Positions 22,479 through 33,349 of a stretch of 55,372 bases of DNA are shown piece after piece. The notes under the pieces were generated by a model. That model worked only from the letters and a program-made list of their open reading frames with translations. It was not told the origin of the DNA and made no database searches. The stretch's first letter is position 1. The number at the start of each line of letters is the position of its first letter. The DNA is from Burkholderiales bacterium (lineage in GTDB: Bacteria > Pseudomonadota > Gammaproteobacteria > Burkholderiales > Burkholderiaceae_C), in contig JANOLA010000171.1 in the NCBI GenBank assembly GCA_031419535.1, positions 1 through 55,372 on the forward strand, written 5' to 3'. Both the position numbers and the translations under genes were made by a program.

Positions 22479-23240
22479 TTAGGCCGCGCGGTCGATGCCG
22501 TGCAGCATCGCGATCGCCACGCCCAAGGGGTCCGCGACGATGGCGAAACGGCCGACGCCGGGAATGTCGGCAGGCGCGCTGAGCAATGCACCGCCGAGCC
22601 GGCCGGCCTTGGCCGCCGTGGCGTCGCAATCGGCCACTTCCACGTAGGGCAGCCACGTCGACGCCGCTTTGGGATTCACCGAGCGTGCCAGTCCGCCGCG
22701 GTGCACACCGTCTTTCATCAGCATCGTGTACATGCCTGCTGGCCCCATGTCCATGCTGTCGTGGCTGAAGCCGAACGTGCCTTCGTAAAACGCCAGGGCC
22801 TTGGTGGGGTCGTTGGTCCAGAGCTCGTTCCAGACCCACTCGCCGGCGGGCGTCTTGGCCGGGTCGGGGCGGTCGCCTTCGGCGCTCTTCCAGAGGGAAA
22901 ACACCGCGCCTGTCGGGTCGGCAATCGTGGCGCCACGGCCCACCGGGCCGAAATCGGTGGGTGGCATCAGCGCCTTCGCACCGGCGCGCAGGGCCTGCGC
23001 GAATGAGTCGTCGACACTGTTCACCGAGAGATAGGGCATCCAGCGGCTGTGCGTGCCTGGTGCGCTTTTCCCATAGCCGCCGATGCCGTTGCTGCCGTTC
23101 ATGATCATCGAGTACTTCTGAGGCCCCATCGGCATGACCTCGGTGCGCCAGCCGAACAGCGCCTCGTAGAACTCGGCAGCGCGCGCGCTGTCGGTGCAAT
23201 GGTGTTCGAACCAGACGAACTTGCCGGGCAGATGGCTCAT
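22479..23240 (-). CDS. VOC-family (glyoxalase/bleomycin-resistance fold) protein, two tandem domains
   Basis: 253 aa with two repeats of the F.W.EL.T.D...A..FY...FGW....M pattern. Confidence 0.9.
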   Translation of the reverse strand: MSHLPGKFVWFEHHCTDSARAAEFYEALFGWRTEVMPMGPQKYSMIMNGSNGIGGYGKSAPGTHSRWMPYLSVNSVDDSFAQALRAGAKALMPPTDFGPVGRGATIADPTGAVFSLWKSAEGDRPDPAKTPAGEWVWNELWTNDPTKALAFYEGTFGFSHDSMDMGPAGMYTMLMKDGVHRGGLARSVNPKAASTWLPYVEVADCDATAAKAGRLGGALLSAPADIPGVGRFAIVADPLGVAIAMLHGIDRAA

Positions 23241-23410
23241 GAAGGTCTCCTCGGTGGGTTGATGGGTGTGAACGGCGGGTGCCGGCCAGGGTCGATTTGG
23301 CCTGCGAACAATAGCCGCTTTTGCGCAGGACTGCGCGGATGGAGGGGCAAATTTCCCAGCGCCGGGGGCTGGTCGTCGACCTGCGAGCGCGCGGTGTGGC
23401 CGCGGGCGTT

Positions 23411-24322
23411 TCAGGCGCTGCGCTGGAGCGGTCGGCCGGTGGGCAGGTAGTCGAGCAGGCGGCCGAAGCGGCTGGCCAGCGTCGGGCGGGCGACCACGTC
23501 AGGGCGCGGCGTCACGGCGGACACGCGGCCGATCGACTGGGTCAGCACCGGCGGCGCGTCGTTGGCAGGTGCCCGTACCGGCACGGCCGACGTGAGGCCG
23601 TTGAAGCTTGCCTGTGGCGCGACATAGCAGGGTCGCACCAGACGCTGTTTCGCCACCTCGGGGGTCTGCGCGACCGGGCGCAGCACCGGCTCGAGCCACT
23701 CGAGAATGGGCTGCCACTGCGCCATGTCGGTCTGCAAATGGTCGGCGGGCAAGTCAAACAGCGTCAGGCCGCGTTCGACACATCGCACATAGGCCTGGGT
23801 GTCGCGCAGCGCGCCGAGGAAAGGAATGCGCTGCTGTTTGGCCCATGCGGTGAGGGTCTGAGCGGCTTTGGTTCGGGCGTCGACACGCATGCCGATCGCC
23901 GCGACTTTGCACTTGCCGGAAGCGACGCGCGGCAGCGTCATCAGCTCGGCATAACAATCGGCGGCCGACGCGCGGTCGAACACCGAGTTGCACACGGGCA
24001 TCAAGATCACGTCGGTGTAGCCGACCACCCGCGCCAAGTCCATGCCGCGCAGGCCGCCGGGAGTGTCGAGAATCACGTGCGAGACACCCGGCGGAGCGCG
24101 CATCACGTTCTTCGGGTCGATGGCCCAGCCAAGGATCGAGGGGTGCTTGGCCGCGACGGGCTGCGCCTCGCGCAGCTTGAGCCACGGCTGGGTCGATTGC
24201 TGGCGGTCGACGTCGCCAAGCATCACGGAGATGTTGTTCCTTGCGCAGTACACCGCAAGGTGCGTCGCGAGCGTGCTCTTGCCGCTGCCTCCTTTGCGAT
24301 TCACGACTGCGATGACGGGCAT
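23411..24322 (-). CDS. orphan ParA/MinD-family ATPase with a roughly 100-aa Pro/Ala/Val-rich C-terminal tail
   Basis: Internal ATG at 24322 and the deviant Walker A VVNRKGGSGKST. The ATPase core ends near residue 200 and is followed by a low-complexity tail. No parB-like gene is adjacent. Confidence 0.9.
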   Translation of the reverse strand: MPVIAVVNRKGGSGKSTLATHLAVYCARNNISVMLGDVDRQQSTQPWLKLREAQPVAAKHPSILGWAIDPKNVMRAPPGVSHVILDTPGGLRGMDLARVVGYTDVILMPVCNSVFDRASAADCYAELMTLPRVASGKCKVAAIGMRVDARTKAAQTLTAWAKQQRIPFLGALRDTQAYVRCVERGLTLFDLPADHLQTDMAQWQPILEWLEPVLRPVAQTPEVAKQRLVRPCYVAPQASFNGLTSAVPVRAPANDAPPVLTQSIGRVSAVTPRPDVVARPTLASRFGRLLDYLPTGRPLQRSA

Positions 24323-24816
24323 GGGGTTTCCGCAACTGCGCACGCTGCGCCTGATGACCGCCCTTGACATTCGCTCTGCCCGGTGGGCAATCGTTTCCCG
24401 GGCCTTGTGAGAATTAAAGCACCATAGATCGTTGTTGAGTGAGGCGGTTACCCCCTGGAACAGACGGGAAATGCCGGCCTAAAGCCCCGTGCGCGGGCCT
24501 AAGTCACGCGACGAGACGGTGCACCACCCATGTGGGTGGTTCGACGCGGCCGCGCCCGCACAGCTTGGCCCGTGGGTGGCTTGCGAGTCGGCGCGGCGAA
24601 CCCGACCCGACACGCGGTTCACAGAGGAGGAAGCAATCCAATCTCGTGTGATTCGAGCCGTGCTCGAGGCGCCCGACGTGCCGATCCGTGGGGCTCCGCT
24701 CGCCGCTGAAAACTCGGCGCGTTAAGGTGGGTCCGCGCCGAACGGTGGCCCCTGCCACAGGCGCCGTCATTCGGCGCGAGCGCACGTTTGTGACACGCAT
24801 CGACAAGTGAATCCAA

Positions 24817-24836
24817 ACGTGACATTGACGTGACAT
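24817..24836. repeat. direct repeat ACGTGACAT x2 with 11-nt period (third GTGACA copy at 24790-24795)
   Basis: Units at 24817-24825 and 24828-24836 are identical. They sit in the non-coding spacer between the crotonase stop and the ParA-like gene. Confidence 0.5.
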
Positions 24837-24889
24837 GTTGTGCTCGCGCCGCGCCAGGTCGCTCTCGCGGCGCAGCGAGGCACCTGAAC

Positions 24890-25666
24890 TCAACGGCCAC
24901 GCCACACCGGCTTGCGTTTTTCCTGAAAGGCGCGAACGCCTTCGATCGAATCCTCGGAGCGCAGCGCGGCCACCAAGGCAGGCAGGCGCAAGGCCTGCGC
25001 CTGCACTGGTGACAGCGCAGCGGTGTCACGCACGACGGCCTTGATCGCCTGCACCGACAACGGCGCGCACGCGAGAATTTGGCCGACCCAGCGCGCGACC
25101 GCGGCGTCGAGTTCGGCGCGCGAGACGACTTCGTTGACCAAACCGATCTCGAGCGCGCGAGCCGCGCTGATGCGCTGGCCGGTCAGCAGCATGCCCATCG
25201 CGAGCCGGTGCGGAATCTGCCGTTGCAGCAGCGCCATGCCGCCGTCCAACGGCAGGCGCCCGACCAGCGGTTCGGGCAGGCCGAAGCTGGCGTCTTCGCA
25301 AGCGATCACGATGTCGCAACCGAGCACCATCTCGAAACCGCCGCCGAGCGCAAAGCCGTTGATGCGCGCGATCACCGGAATGTTCAGCGTGTCGCGCAGC
25401 GCGATCCCGCCAAAACCGCCAGGACGCGGAGCCGCCCAGTACTCCAATCCACTTGTGGACGGTGCGTTCTTCATGTCGGCGCCGACGCAAAACGCGCGCT
25501 CGCCCGCACCTGTCAAGACGATCACGTGGATATCGCGGCGTTGTTCGAGTTCGCACCAGATGCGCTGCAGCTCGGCTTCGGTCGTCGGGTCGATCGCGTT
25601 CAGCACCTCGGGCCGCGCCAGCGTCACCGTCGCGACGTGATCGGCGACGGTGAAGTCGACGCTCAT
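24890..25666 (-). CDS. enoyl-CoA hydratase/isomerase family protein
   Basis: Internal ATG at 25666 overlaps the CoA-transferase stop (ATGA). Motifs are LARPEVLNA, TGAGERAFCVGADM and NGFALGGGFE. Confidence 0.9.
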   Translation of the reverse strand: MSVDFTVADHVATVTLARPEVLNAIDPTTEAELQRIWCELEQRRDIHVIVLTGAGERAFCVGADMKNAPSTSGLEYWAAPRPGGFGGIALRDTLNIPVIARINGFALGGGFEMVLGCDIVIACEDASFGLPEPLVGRLPLDGGMALLQRQIPHRLAMGMLLTGQRISAARALEIGLVNEVVSRAELDAAVARWVGQILACAPLSVQAIKAVVRDTAALSPVQAQALRLPALVAALRSEDSIEGVRAFQEKRKPVWRGR

Positions 25667-26850
25667 GCCGTGCGGGCCTTCGCCGCCGCGCCGAGTTCGG
25701 CCAACACTTGCTCGGTGTGTTCGCCCAGGCGCGGCGGTATCCGACGCAGCGACACCGGTGCGCTCGACATCGAGATGGGGCTGGCGATGAACCGATAGCC
25801 GGCAGCCCCATCCGCCTGCGACTCGAGGATCATGCGGTTGTGCAGCGTCTGCGGATCGACCAGCACTTCGCGCATGTCGCGTACCGGCGCGCACAGCAGG
25901 TCTTGCTGTTCCAGGCGTTGCAGCCAATGCTCTCGCGTGTCGGTCTTGAAGCGTTCGCGGAACTGGCGCTGCAGTTCGGCCTTGTTCGCGAACTGCGCGT
26001 CCAGGTTCGCAAAGCGCGCATCGAGCGACAGGTCGGGAAGGTCGAGCGCGGCGCAGATGTCGCGCAAGGGATTGGCCTTGAACGCGCCGACCAGGACCAA
26101 CGGATGGTCGGACGTCTCGAACACGCCCGACAGAGGGAACGCCGCCCAGTTCACCTCGGTGCCGCGCATCAGGAGCATCGCGGCCTCTTGCATTTGCATC
26201 GCGAGCATGGAGTTGTAGAGCGACACGCTGATCTTTTGCCCGACACCGCTGCGTTCGCGCTGCAGCAGGGCGAGCAGGATGCCTTGCACCAGGTGCATGC
26301 CCGCGGAGTAGTCAGCGAGCGCCGTCGGGTACGTGGACAGCGGCAGCGACGGGTCGGCGCGGCGCGCCATCGCGCCGCTCATCGCCTGGGCCAGCACGTC
26401 TTGCCCGCCTTTGTAGGCATAAGGCCCGGTCTCGCCGAAGCCGGTACCCACGGCGTAGACGATGCGCGGGTTGAGCTTGGCGCAAGCGTCGTAGCCCAGG
26501 CCCATGCGGTCCATCACGCCGGCACGGAAATTGTTGACAACCACGTCGGCGCCCGCGATCAAATCCTTCACGCTCGCCATCGCCGCCGCGTCGCGCAGGT
26601 CGAGCGCCACGCTGCGCTTGTTGCGGTTCAGGCTGCAGAAAATCGGGTTGTCGATGCCGCCTTGCGGCGGAAATGTGGACCGGCTCAGGTCACCCGCACC
26701 GGCGCGCTCGATCTTCACCACGTCGGCGCCGTAGTCGCCGAGCATTTGCGTGCACACCGGGCCCATCATGACCTGGGTGAAATCGATGACGCGCACGCCA
26801 GACAGCGGCAGGTTGCTCGTCGCGGCACCGGCCCCCACTTTCGGGTTCAT
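25663..26850 (-). CDS. CaiB/BaiF family III CoA-transferase
   Basis: 395 aa. Motifs are PL.G.RV.DFTQV..GP..TQ.LGD.GA.V.K.E and GQDV.AQA.SG. Confidence 0.9.
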   Translation of the reverse strand: MNPKVGAGAATSNLPLSGVRVIDFTQVMMGPVCTQMLGDYGADVVKIERAGAGDLSRSTFPPQGGIDNPIFCSLNRNKRSVALDLRDAAAMASVKDLIAGADVVVNNFRAGVMDRMGLGYDACAKLNPRIVYAVGTGFGETGPYAYKGGQDVLAQAMSGAMARRADPSLPLSTYPTALADYSAGMHLVQGILLALLQRERSGVGQKISVSLYNSMLAMQMQEAAMLLMRGTEVNWAAFPLSGVFETSDHPLVLVGAFKANPLRDICAALDLPDLSLDARFANLDAQFANKAELQRQFRERFKTDTREHWLQRLEQQDLLCAPVRDMREVLVDPQTLHNRMILESQADGAAGYRFIASPISMSSAPVSLRRIPPRLGEHTEQVLAELGAAAKARTA

Positions 26851-28241
26851 GCGGCCTCCCGCTGCATGCGGCTTGCAGCCGCGGCGGCGAGCGCCGGCAC
26901 GTCGGCGTTGCGGCCGGTCTGGTCGCCGGGGTCGGCGCCCTGGGCGCGCAACTTCAACTGCAAAGCCTTCACGTCGACATTGCGCACCGTCACGCCGGCG
27001 TCCAGCGCCATCGCCGCGGCAATGCCCGCGGCTTCACCCATCGCCATGCAAGGCGGGATCTCGCGCGACATCTTCTGCGCCGACGACGTGGCCGAATAGT
27101 GGCGCCCGGCCACCAGCAGGTTGTCGACGCCGCGCGGCAGCAGCGATCGATACGGCGTCGTGTAGTCGCGGCCGCGCGCAATCGCGTCGGGAAAACGCAT
27201 GCGCTGCATCAGGTCTTCCTTGGTGACGATGTATTCGCCCTCCAGCAGGCGCGTCTGGCGCACGCCGGTCTGCGGCGCGACGTCGATGATGACGCAGCGC
27301 TCGAATCCGGGCAGATGGGCGCGCACGAAGTCGACGGTTTGGTGGATGTGCTGGCGGCCGCGGATTTCCGCCTGCGTCAGGTCTTCCACTTTCAGCCCGT
27401 CCAGCCCGGTCATGTGCGGGCAGTTGCACCACACCACGCCGGGCAGCGGTGTCTTCAGCCACCAATGGGCCCAGGAACCGCCGATGAGGCGCTTGATTTC
27501 CTTGTCCAGCAGCGCAAAGGCCTCGGGCAGTTCGCGCTCGAAGCGCTCGGCCGCGTCGGTGTCCACCGAGCCGAGACGAAACACCGTGGTCAGCATGTAG
27601 GCCCCGGCCGTGAACGGCGCGCCGGCGCTCGCCGCCACGTCGAGGTCGCCGGTGGTGTCGATCACCACGTCGCCGAGCAGCGCCTGGCGGCCCTGCTTGG
27701 TGTCGCAGACCACGCCCTTGATCTTTCCGTCTTCGACCAGCGCATGCGAGAACCACGAGTGCAGCCGCAGCTCGACGCCATGGCGCGCCACGCCTTCAAG
27801 CGCCACGCGCTTCCAGCCGTCGGGGTCGAACGCGACGGCGAAGCAGATCGGGTGCGGCTTGTCGTGGCTGTGAAAGTCGAACGTGCCCCAGCGCGTCCAG
27901 CGGCTCACGGCGGCCGCGCTGCGGCCCCATTCGTCTTCGCGCGGATAGCTCGCCAGGCCGAGCGCCGCCAAGCGTTCGATCATGTCCAGGCAGACGCCGC
28001 GCACTGAAATTTCGTGCAGGTGCGCGTCCCACATGTCGTCGAGCACGAGCACCATGCCGCCCGAAGCCAGGCCGCCCAGGTGGTTGTAGCGCTCCACGAG
28101 CAGCGTCGACGCGCCGTTGCGCGCGGCGGCAAACGCCGCGGCCATGCCGGCCGGGCCACCGCCGACGACGAGCACGTCGGCACGGCCGGCCACTTTCAGG
28201 TCGCGCGCGGGTTCGCGAATCGATGCGTTCGGGGGATTCAT
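26847..28241 (-). CDS. FAD-dependent oxidoreductase (FAD_oxidored/GidA-like fold)
   Basis: Dinucleotide-binding motif DVLVVGGGPAGMAAAFAAARNG...LVE...LGG. ATGA overlap with the transferase gene. Confidence 0.85.
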   Translation of the reverse strand: MNPPNASIREPARDLKVAGRADVLVVGGGPAGMAAAFAAARNGASTLLVERYNHLGGLASGGMVLVLDDMWDAHLHEISVRGVCLDMIERLAALGLASYPREDEWGRSAAAVSRWTRWGTFDFHSHDKPHPICFAVAFDPDGWKRVALEGVARHGVELRLHSWFSHALVEDGKIKGVVCDTKQGRQALLGDVVIDTTGDLDVAASAGAPFTAGAYMLTTVFRLGSVDTDAAERFERELPEAFALLDKEIKRLIGGSWAHWWLKTPLPGVVWCNCPHMTGLDGLKVEDLTQAEIRGRQHIHQTVDFVRAHLPGFERCVIIDVAPQTGVRQTRLLEGEYIVTKEDLMQRMRFPDAIARGRDYTTPYRSLLPRGVDNLLVAGRHYSATSSAQKMSREIPPCMAMGEAAGIAAAMALDAGVTVRNVDVKALQLKLRAQGADPGDQTGRNADVPALAAAAASRMQREAA

Positions 28242-28269
28242 TCTTGCTCCGGGTTCAGGGGGCGGCCGG

Positions 28270-29112
28270 TCAAGCCGACTCGGGTTGCCAGCGAATGACG
28301 GCTTTTTCGACGAGCACGACCGCCATGAAAAAGCACCCCGACAAGCAGGCGCTCATGATGATCGCTGCGTAGAGCAGCGCCGCATCGAAGTTATAGGTGG
28401 CCTGGATGATCATCGCGCCGATGCCCTGCGTCGCACCGATCCACTCGCCGACGACGGCGCCGATCACCGCCATCGACGCAGCGATGCGCAGCGCCGAGAA
28501 CAGGTAGGGCAGCGCGCTGAACAGCCGCAGCTTGAAGAAGATTTCGCTGCGGCTCGCCGAGAGCACACGCATCAATTCCATCGCCTGCGGGTTCACCGCT
28601 TCCAGGCCACGCACGCTGTTCACGAGCGTCGGGAAAAAGCACACCAGCGCGGCGATCGCGATCTTCGGCTCGACGCCGTTGCCCATCAGCAGCACCAGGA
28701 TCGGCGCTTTGGCGACCACCGGAATCGAGTTGAACATCACGACGACGGGGAAGAAGATTTCCTGCAAGCGCCGGTTATGCACGAACAGCGTCGCCACCAG
28801 GATGGCGACCACGTTGCCGATCAGAAATCCGCCCAGCGCTTCGCCCGCGGTGGGCAGCAAATTGGCGAGCAGGATGTCGCGCTTGGCGAACAGCGTCTGC
28901 GCCACCGCCCACGGTGACGGCGCGATGAAGGGTTTCACATCGAATGCAGCGACGATTGCCCACCACAGCCCAATCAACGCGGCGATGCCGATCGCCGGCA
29001 TCCAGCGCCGGCGCCGGCGTTCGCGGCGTTGCATCGCGTCAAAGCGCGCCTGCTCCTCGTCCGGCGCGACGGGCGCGGGGTGAAGGTCCGCCATCGGCAC
29101 GCTCATCAGCAA
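28270..29112 (-). CDS. ABC transporter permease (NitT/TauT family)
   Basis: Six hydrophobic helices with an EAA-like loop (A...R.LSASR.EIFFK..L..A.P). The start overlaps the ATPase stop. Confidence 0.9.
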   Translation of the reverse strand: MLMSVPMADLHPAPVAPDEEQARFDAMQRRERRRRRWMPAIGIAALIGLWWAIVAAFDVKPFIAPSPWAVAQTLFAKRDILLANLLPTAGEALGGFLIGNVVAILVATLFVHNRRLQEIFFPVVVMFNSIPVVAKAPILVLLMGNGVEPKIAIAALVCFFPTLVNSVRGLEAVNPQAMELMRVLSASRSEIFFKLRLFSALPYLFSALRIAASMAVIGAVVGEWIGATQGIGAMIIQATYNFDAALLYAAIIMSACLSGCFFMAVVLVEKAVIRWQPESA

Positions 29113-29963
29113 GCCTCCAGCAAGCGCCGCAACTCGCTCGTCAGCGCGACGAACTCGCGGCTCTCGCGCAGCGCCGGGGTTCGGTCGGCCGGAAGCTCCA
29201 CCGGCACGATCGCGTGCACGCGCCCCGGGTTCGCCGCCATCATCATCACGCGCTGGCCGAGGTAGGCCGCTTCATGGATGCTGTGGGTAACGAACAGCAC
29301 CGTGATTCCGAGTTCGCGCCAGACCCGGCGCAGTTCTTCGTTCAGCCGCTCGCGCGTGATTTCGTCGAGCGCGCCGAACGGCTCGTCCATCAACAGAATC
29401 TTCGGGTCGCTCGCGAGCGCCCGAGCGATCGAGACGCGCTGGCGCATGCCGCCCGAAAGCTCATGCGGGTAGGCGCGCTCGCTGCCCTTCAGGCCCACCA
29501 GTTCGAGCAGCTCGCGCGGCGTCGCCTTGCCGCGGCGCGCCCGGCTCACCGCCACTTGCAGCGGCAGCTCGACGTTTTGCAGCGCGTTGCGCCAAGGCAG
29601 CAGCGCCGGATCCTGAAACACAAAACCAATGTCGCGGTTCAGCCGCGCCACCTGCGGCGCGGCGCCGAACACGCGCACTTCGCCGCTGTTCGGTTGCACC
29701 AGATCGGCGACGACGCGCAGCAGCGTCGACTTGCCGCATCCGGAAGGCCCGAGCAGCGTGAGGAACTCGCCGGTGGCGACATCGACGCTCAGGCCCTGCA
29801 ACGCCGTGATCGTGCGGTGCTCGGTGAAAAAGCGCACCTGCACGTTGCGGCAGCTCACGGCAACTGCCCGCGCCGGGTCGATTCCAGGCTGTGTGGCCTG
29901 AAACTCGCCCGATTCTTCGCGTGGCAAATCCAGCCCCGCCAGGCCAGCGCGGCCCGCGTCCAC
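29106..29963 (-). CDS. ABC transporter ATP-binding protein (NitT/TauT family)
   Basis: Walker [12 protein letters not shown], signature LSGGMRQRV, Walker B LLMDEPFGALD. Confidence 0.9.
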   Translation of the reverse strand: MDAGRAGLAGLDLPREESGEFQATQPGIDPARAVAVSCRNVQVRFFTEHRTITALQGLSVDVATGEFLTLLGPSGCGKSTLLRVVADLVQPNSGEVRVFGAAPQVARLNRDIGFVFQDPALLPWRNALQNVELPLQVAVSRARRGKATPRELLELVGLKGSERAYPHELSGGMRQRVSIARALASDPKILLMDEPFGALDEITRERLNEELRRVWRELGITVLFVTHSIHEAAYLGQRVMMMAANPGRVHAIVPVELPADRTPALRESREFVALTSELRRLLEAC

Positions 29964-29965
29964 CC

Positions 29966-30997
29966 TTACGCCTTCACGCGCGCGGCCTGCGTGGCCTTCA
30001 GGATGTCGAGCGTGATCACGTCTTCGACCTTGGGCGTGCGCGCCGTGAACTGGCCGAGTTCGCTGTACAGCGATATCTGCTCCTGCCAGTTCGCCGGGTC
30101 CATGCCGCCCCAGCCGAGCGTGCGCGAGCCTTCGCCGAAGCTGTAGTTGAGCATCACGTCGGCGGCGATCCGTTCATCGTCGCGCACCAGGTTCGGATAC
30201 TCCTTCACCAGCAGGTCCACCGCCTGATCGCGGTTCTTGTCGGCCCACTGCCAGCCCTTGGCCGATGCGCGAATGAACCCGGCCAGCACATCGGCCTTGG
30301 TCTGCAAGGTCTGGGTCGTCGCGTAATACGGCAGCGCGTACAGCTTGACGCCGGTGTCCCACAGCGCCATGTCGACACGTTCGGCGCCCAGCACCTTGAG
30401 CGCGGAGGTGTTGGTGAGCCAGCCGGTGACGGCGTCGACCTGGCCGGTCATCAATGGCGTCATGTCGGCGCCGATCGGAATGATGTTGACCTCTTTCTCG
30501 GGAATCTTGTTCTTCGCGAGCAGCGCGCGCAGCAAGATGATGCCGGTGGACTGGATGCCGATCTTCTTGCCCACCATGTCTTGCGCGTTGCGGATCGGGT
30601 TCTTCTTCAGCGAGAAGAAACAGTAGGGGTGCTTCTGAATGCCCACCGCGAAACACTTGATCGGCAGGCCTTGCGATACCGCCAGCATCAGCGAAGGGCT
30701 GGACGAAACCTGCCCCAGCTCGAACCTACCCGACGCGACGATAGCCACGCCGTCGATGCTCGGGCCGCCCGGCTGGATTTGAAAGTCGATGTCTTCCTGC
30801 TCGAAGTAGCCGAGCTTCTTCGCGGCGATTTCGCCGAGCTGGTTGCCACCGATCAACCAGCCGAGCTGCATGTTGATCTTGTGCTTTGCGGCGGCGCCGG
30901 CCTCGATCGACAGCAGGCTGCCGCCGGCCATCAGGCCTGCGGCAGCGAGGGATGCGCCAAGCAAGCGGCGACGGTCACGGTCCTGCGGCTGGGTCAT
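29966..30997 (-). CDS. ABC substrate-binding protein (NMT1/THI5-like), Tat-type signal
   Basis: Internal ATG at 30997 is preceded by GGAGAA. The signal is RDRRRLLGASLAAAGLMAGG. An NMT1-like periplasmic binding profile follows. Confidence 0.85.
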   Translation of the reverse strand: MTQPQDRDRRRLLGASLAAAGLMAGGSLLSIEAGAAAKHKINMQLGWLIGGNQLGEIAAKKLGYFEQEDIDFQIQPGGPSIDGVAIVASGRFELGQVSSSPSLMLAVSQGLPIKCFAVGIQKHPYCFFSLKKNPIRNAQDMVGKKIGIQSTGIILLRALLAKNKIPEKEVNIIPIGADMTPLMTGQVDAVTGWLTNTSALKVLGAERVDMALWDTGVKLYALPYYATTQTLQTKADVLAGFIRASAKGWQWADKNRDQAVDLLVKEYPNLVRDDERIAADVMLNYSFGEGSRTLGWGGMDPANWQEQISLYSELGQFTARTPKVEDVITLDILKATQAARVKA

Positions 30998-31122
30998 GCG
31001 GTTCTCCGGAGAAGTGGAATGCCAAATGGACGATTCTGTTGGCGATTCTGCTGAGGATCGCCCGGTTCCCGCAAGCGGGGTTTCCATTGGGCAGGCGACC
31101 CAGAGCGCTCAGGCGAGCGAAC

Positions 31123-33315
<2,193 letters not shown>

Positions 33316-33349
33316 TCACTCTCGCTGCGCCCGCAGAGAAACTCCCCGC

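Noticed and set aside
24430-24560. Possible c-di-GMP (GEMM-I-like CCGGCCTAAA, GGTTACC), cobalamin-type riboswitch or tmRNA 5' end (GGTTCGACG).
   Set aside because: Only short chance matches are present. The conserved GGCAAAC and ACGCAAAGC (GEMM-I), B12-box and tmRNA tag or 3' tRNA-like end are absent. No downstream plus-strand gene exists either. The region is kept only as an unclassified structured spacer.
24489-24725. 78-codon plus-strand ORF and the 133-codon minus-strand ORF (24504..24905) in the ParA spacer.
   Set aside because: Runs of A/T-ending codons (gaa gca atc caa tct cgt gtg att cga) contrast with the strong G/C third-position bias of real genes here. The ORFs use non-ATG starts or have nonsense-like composition.
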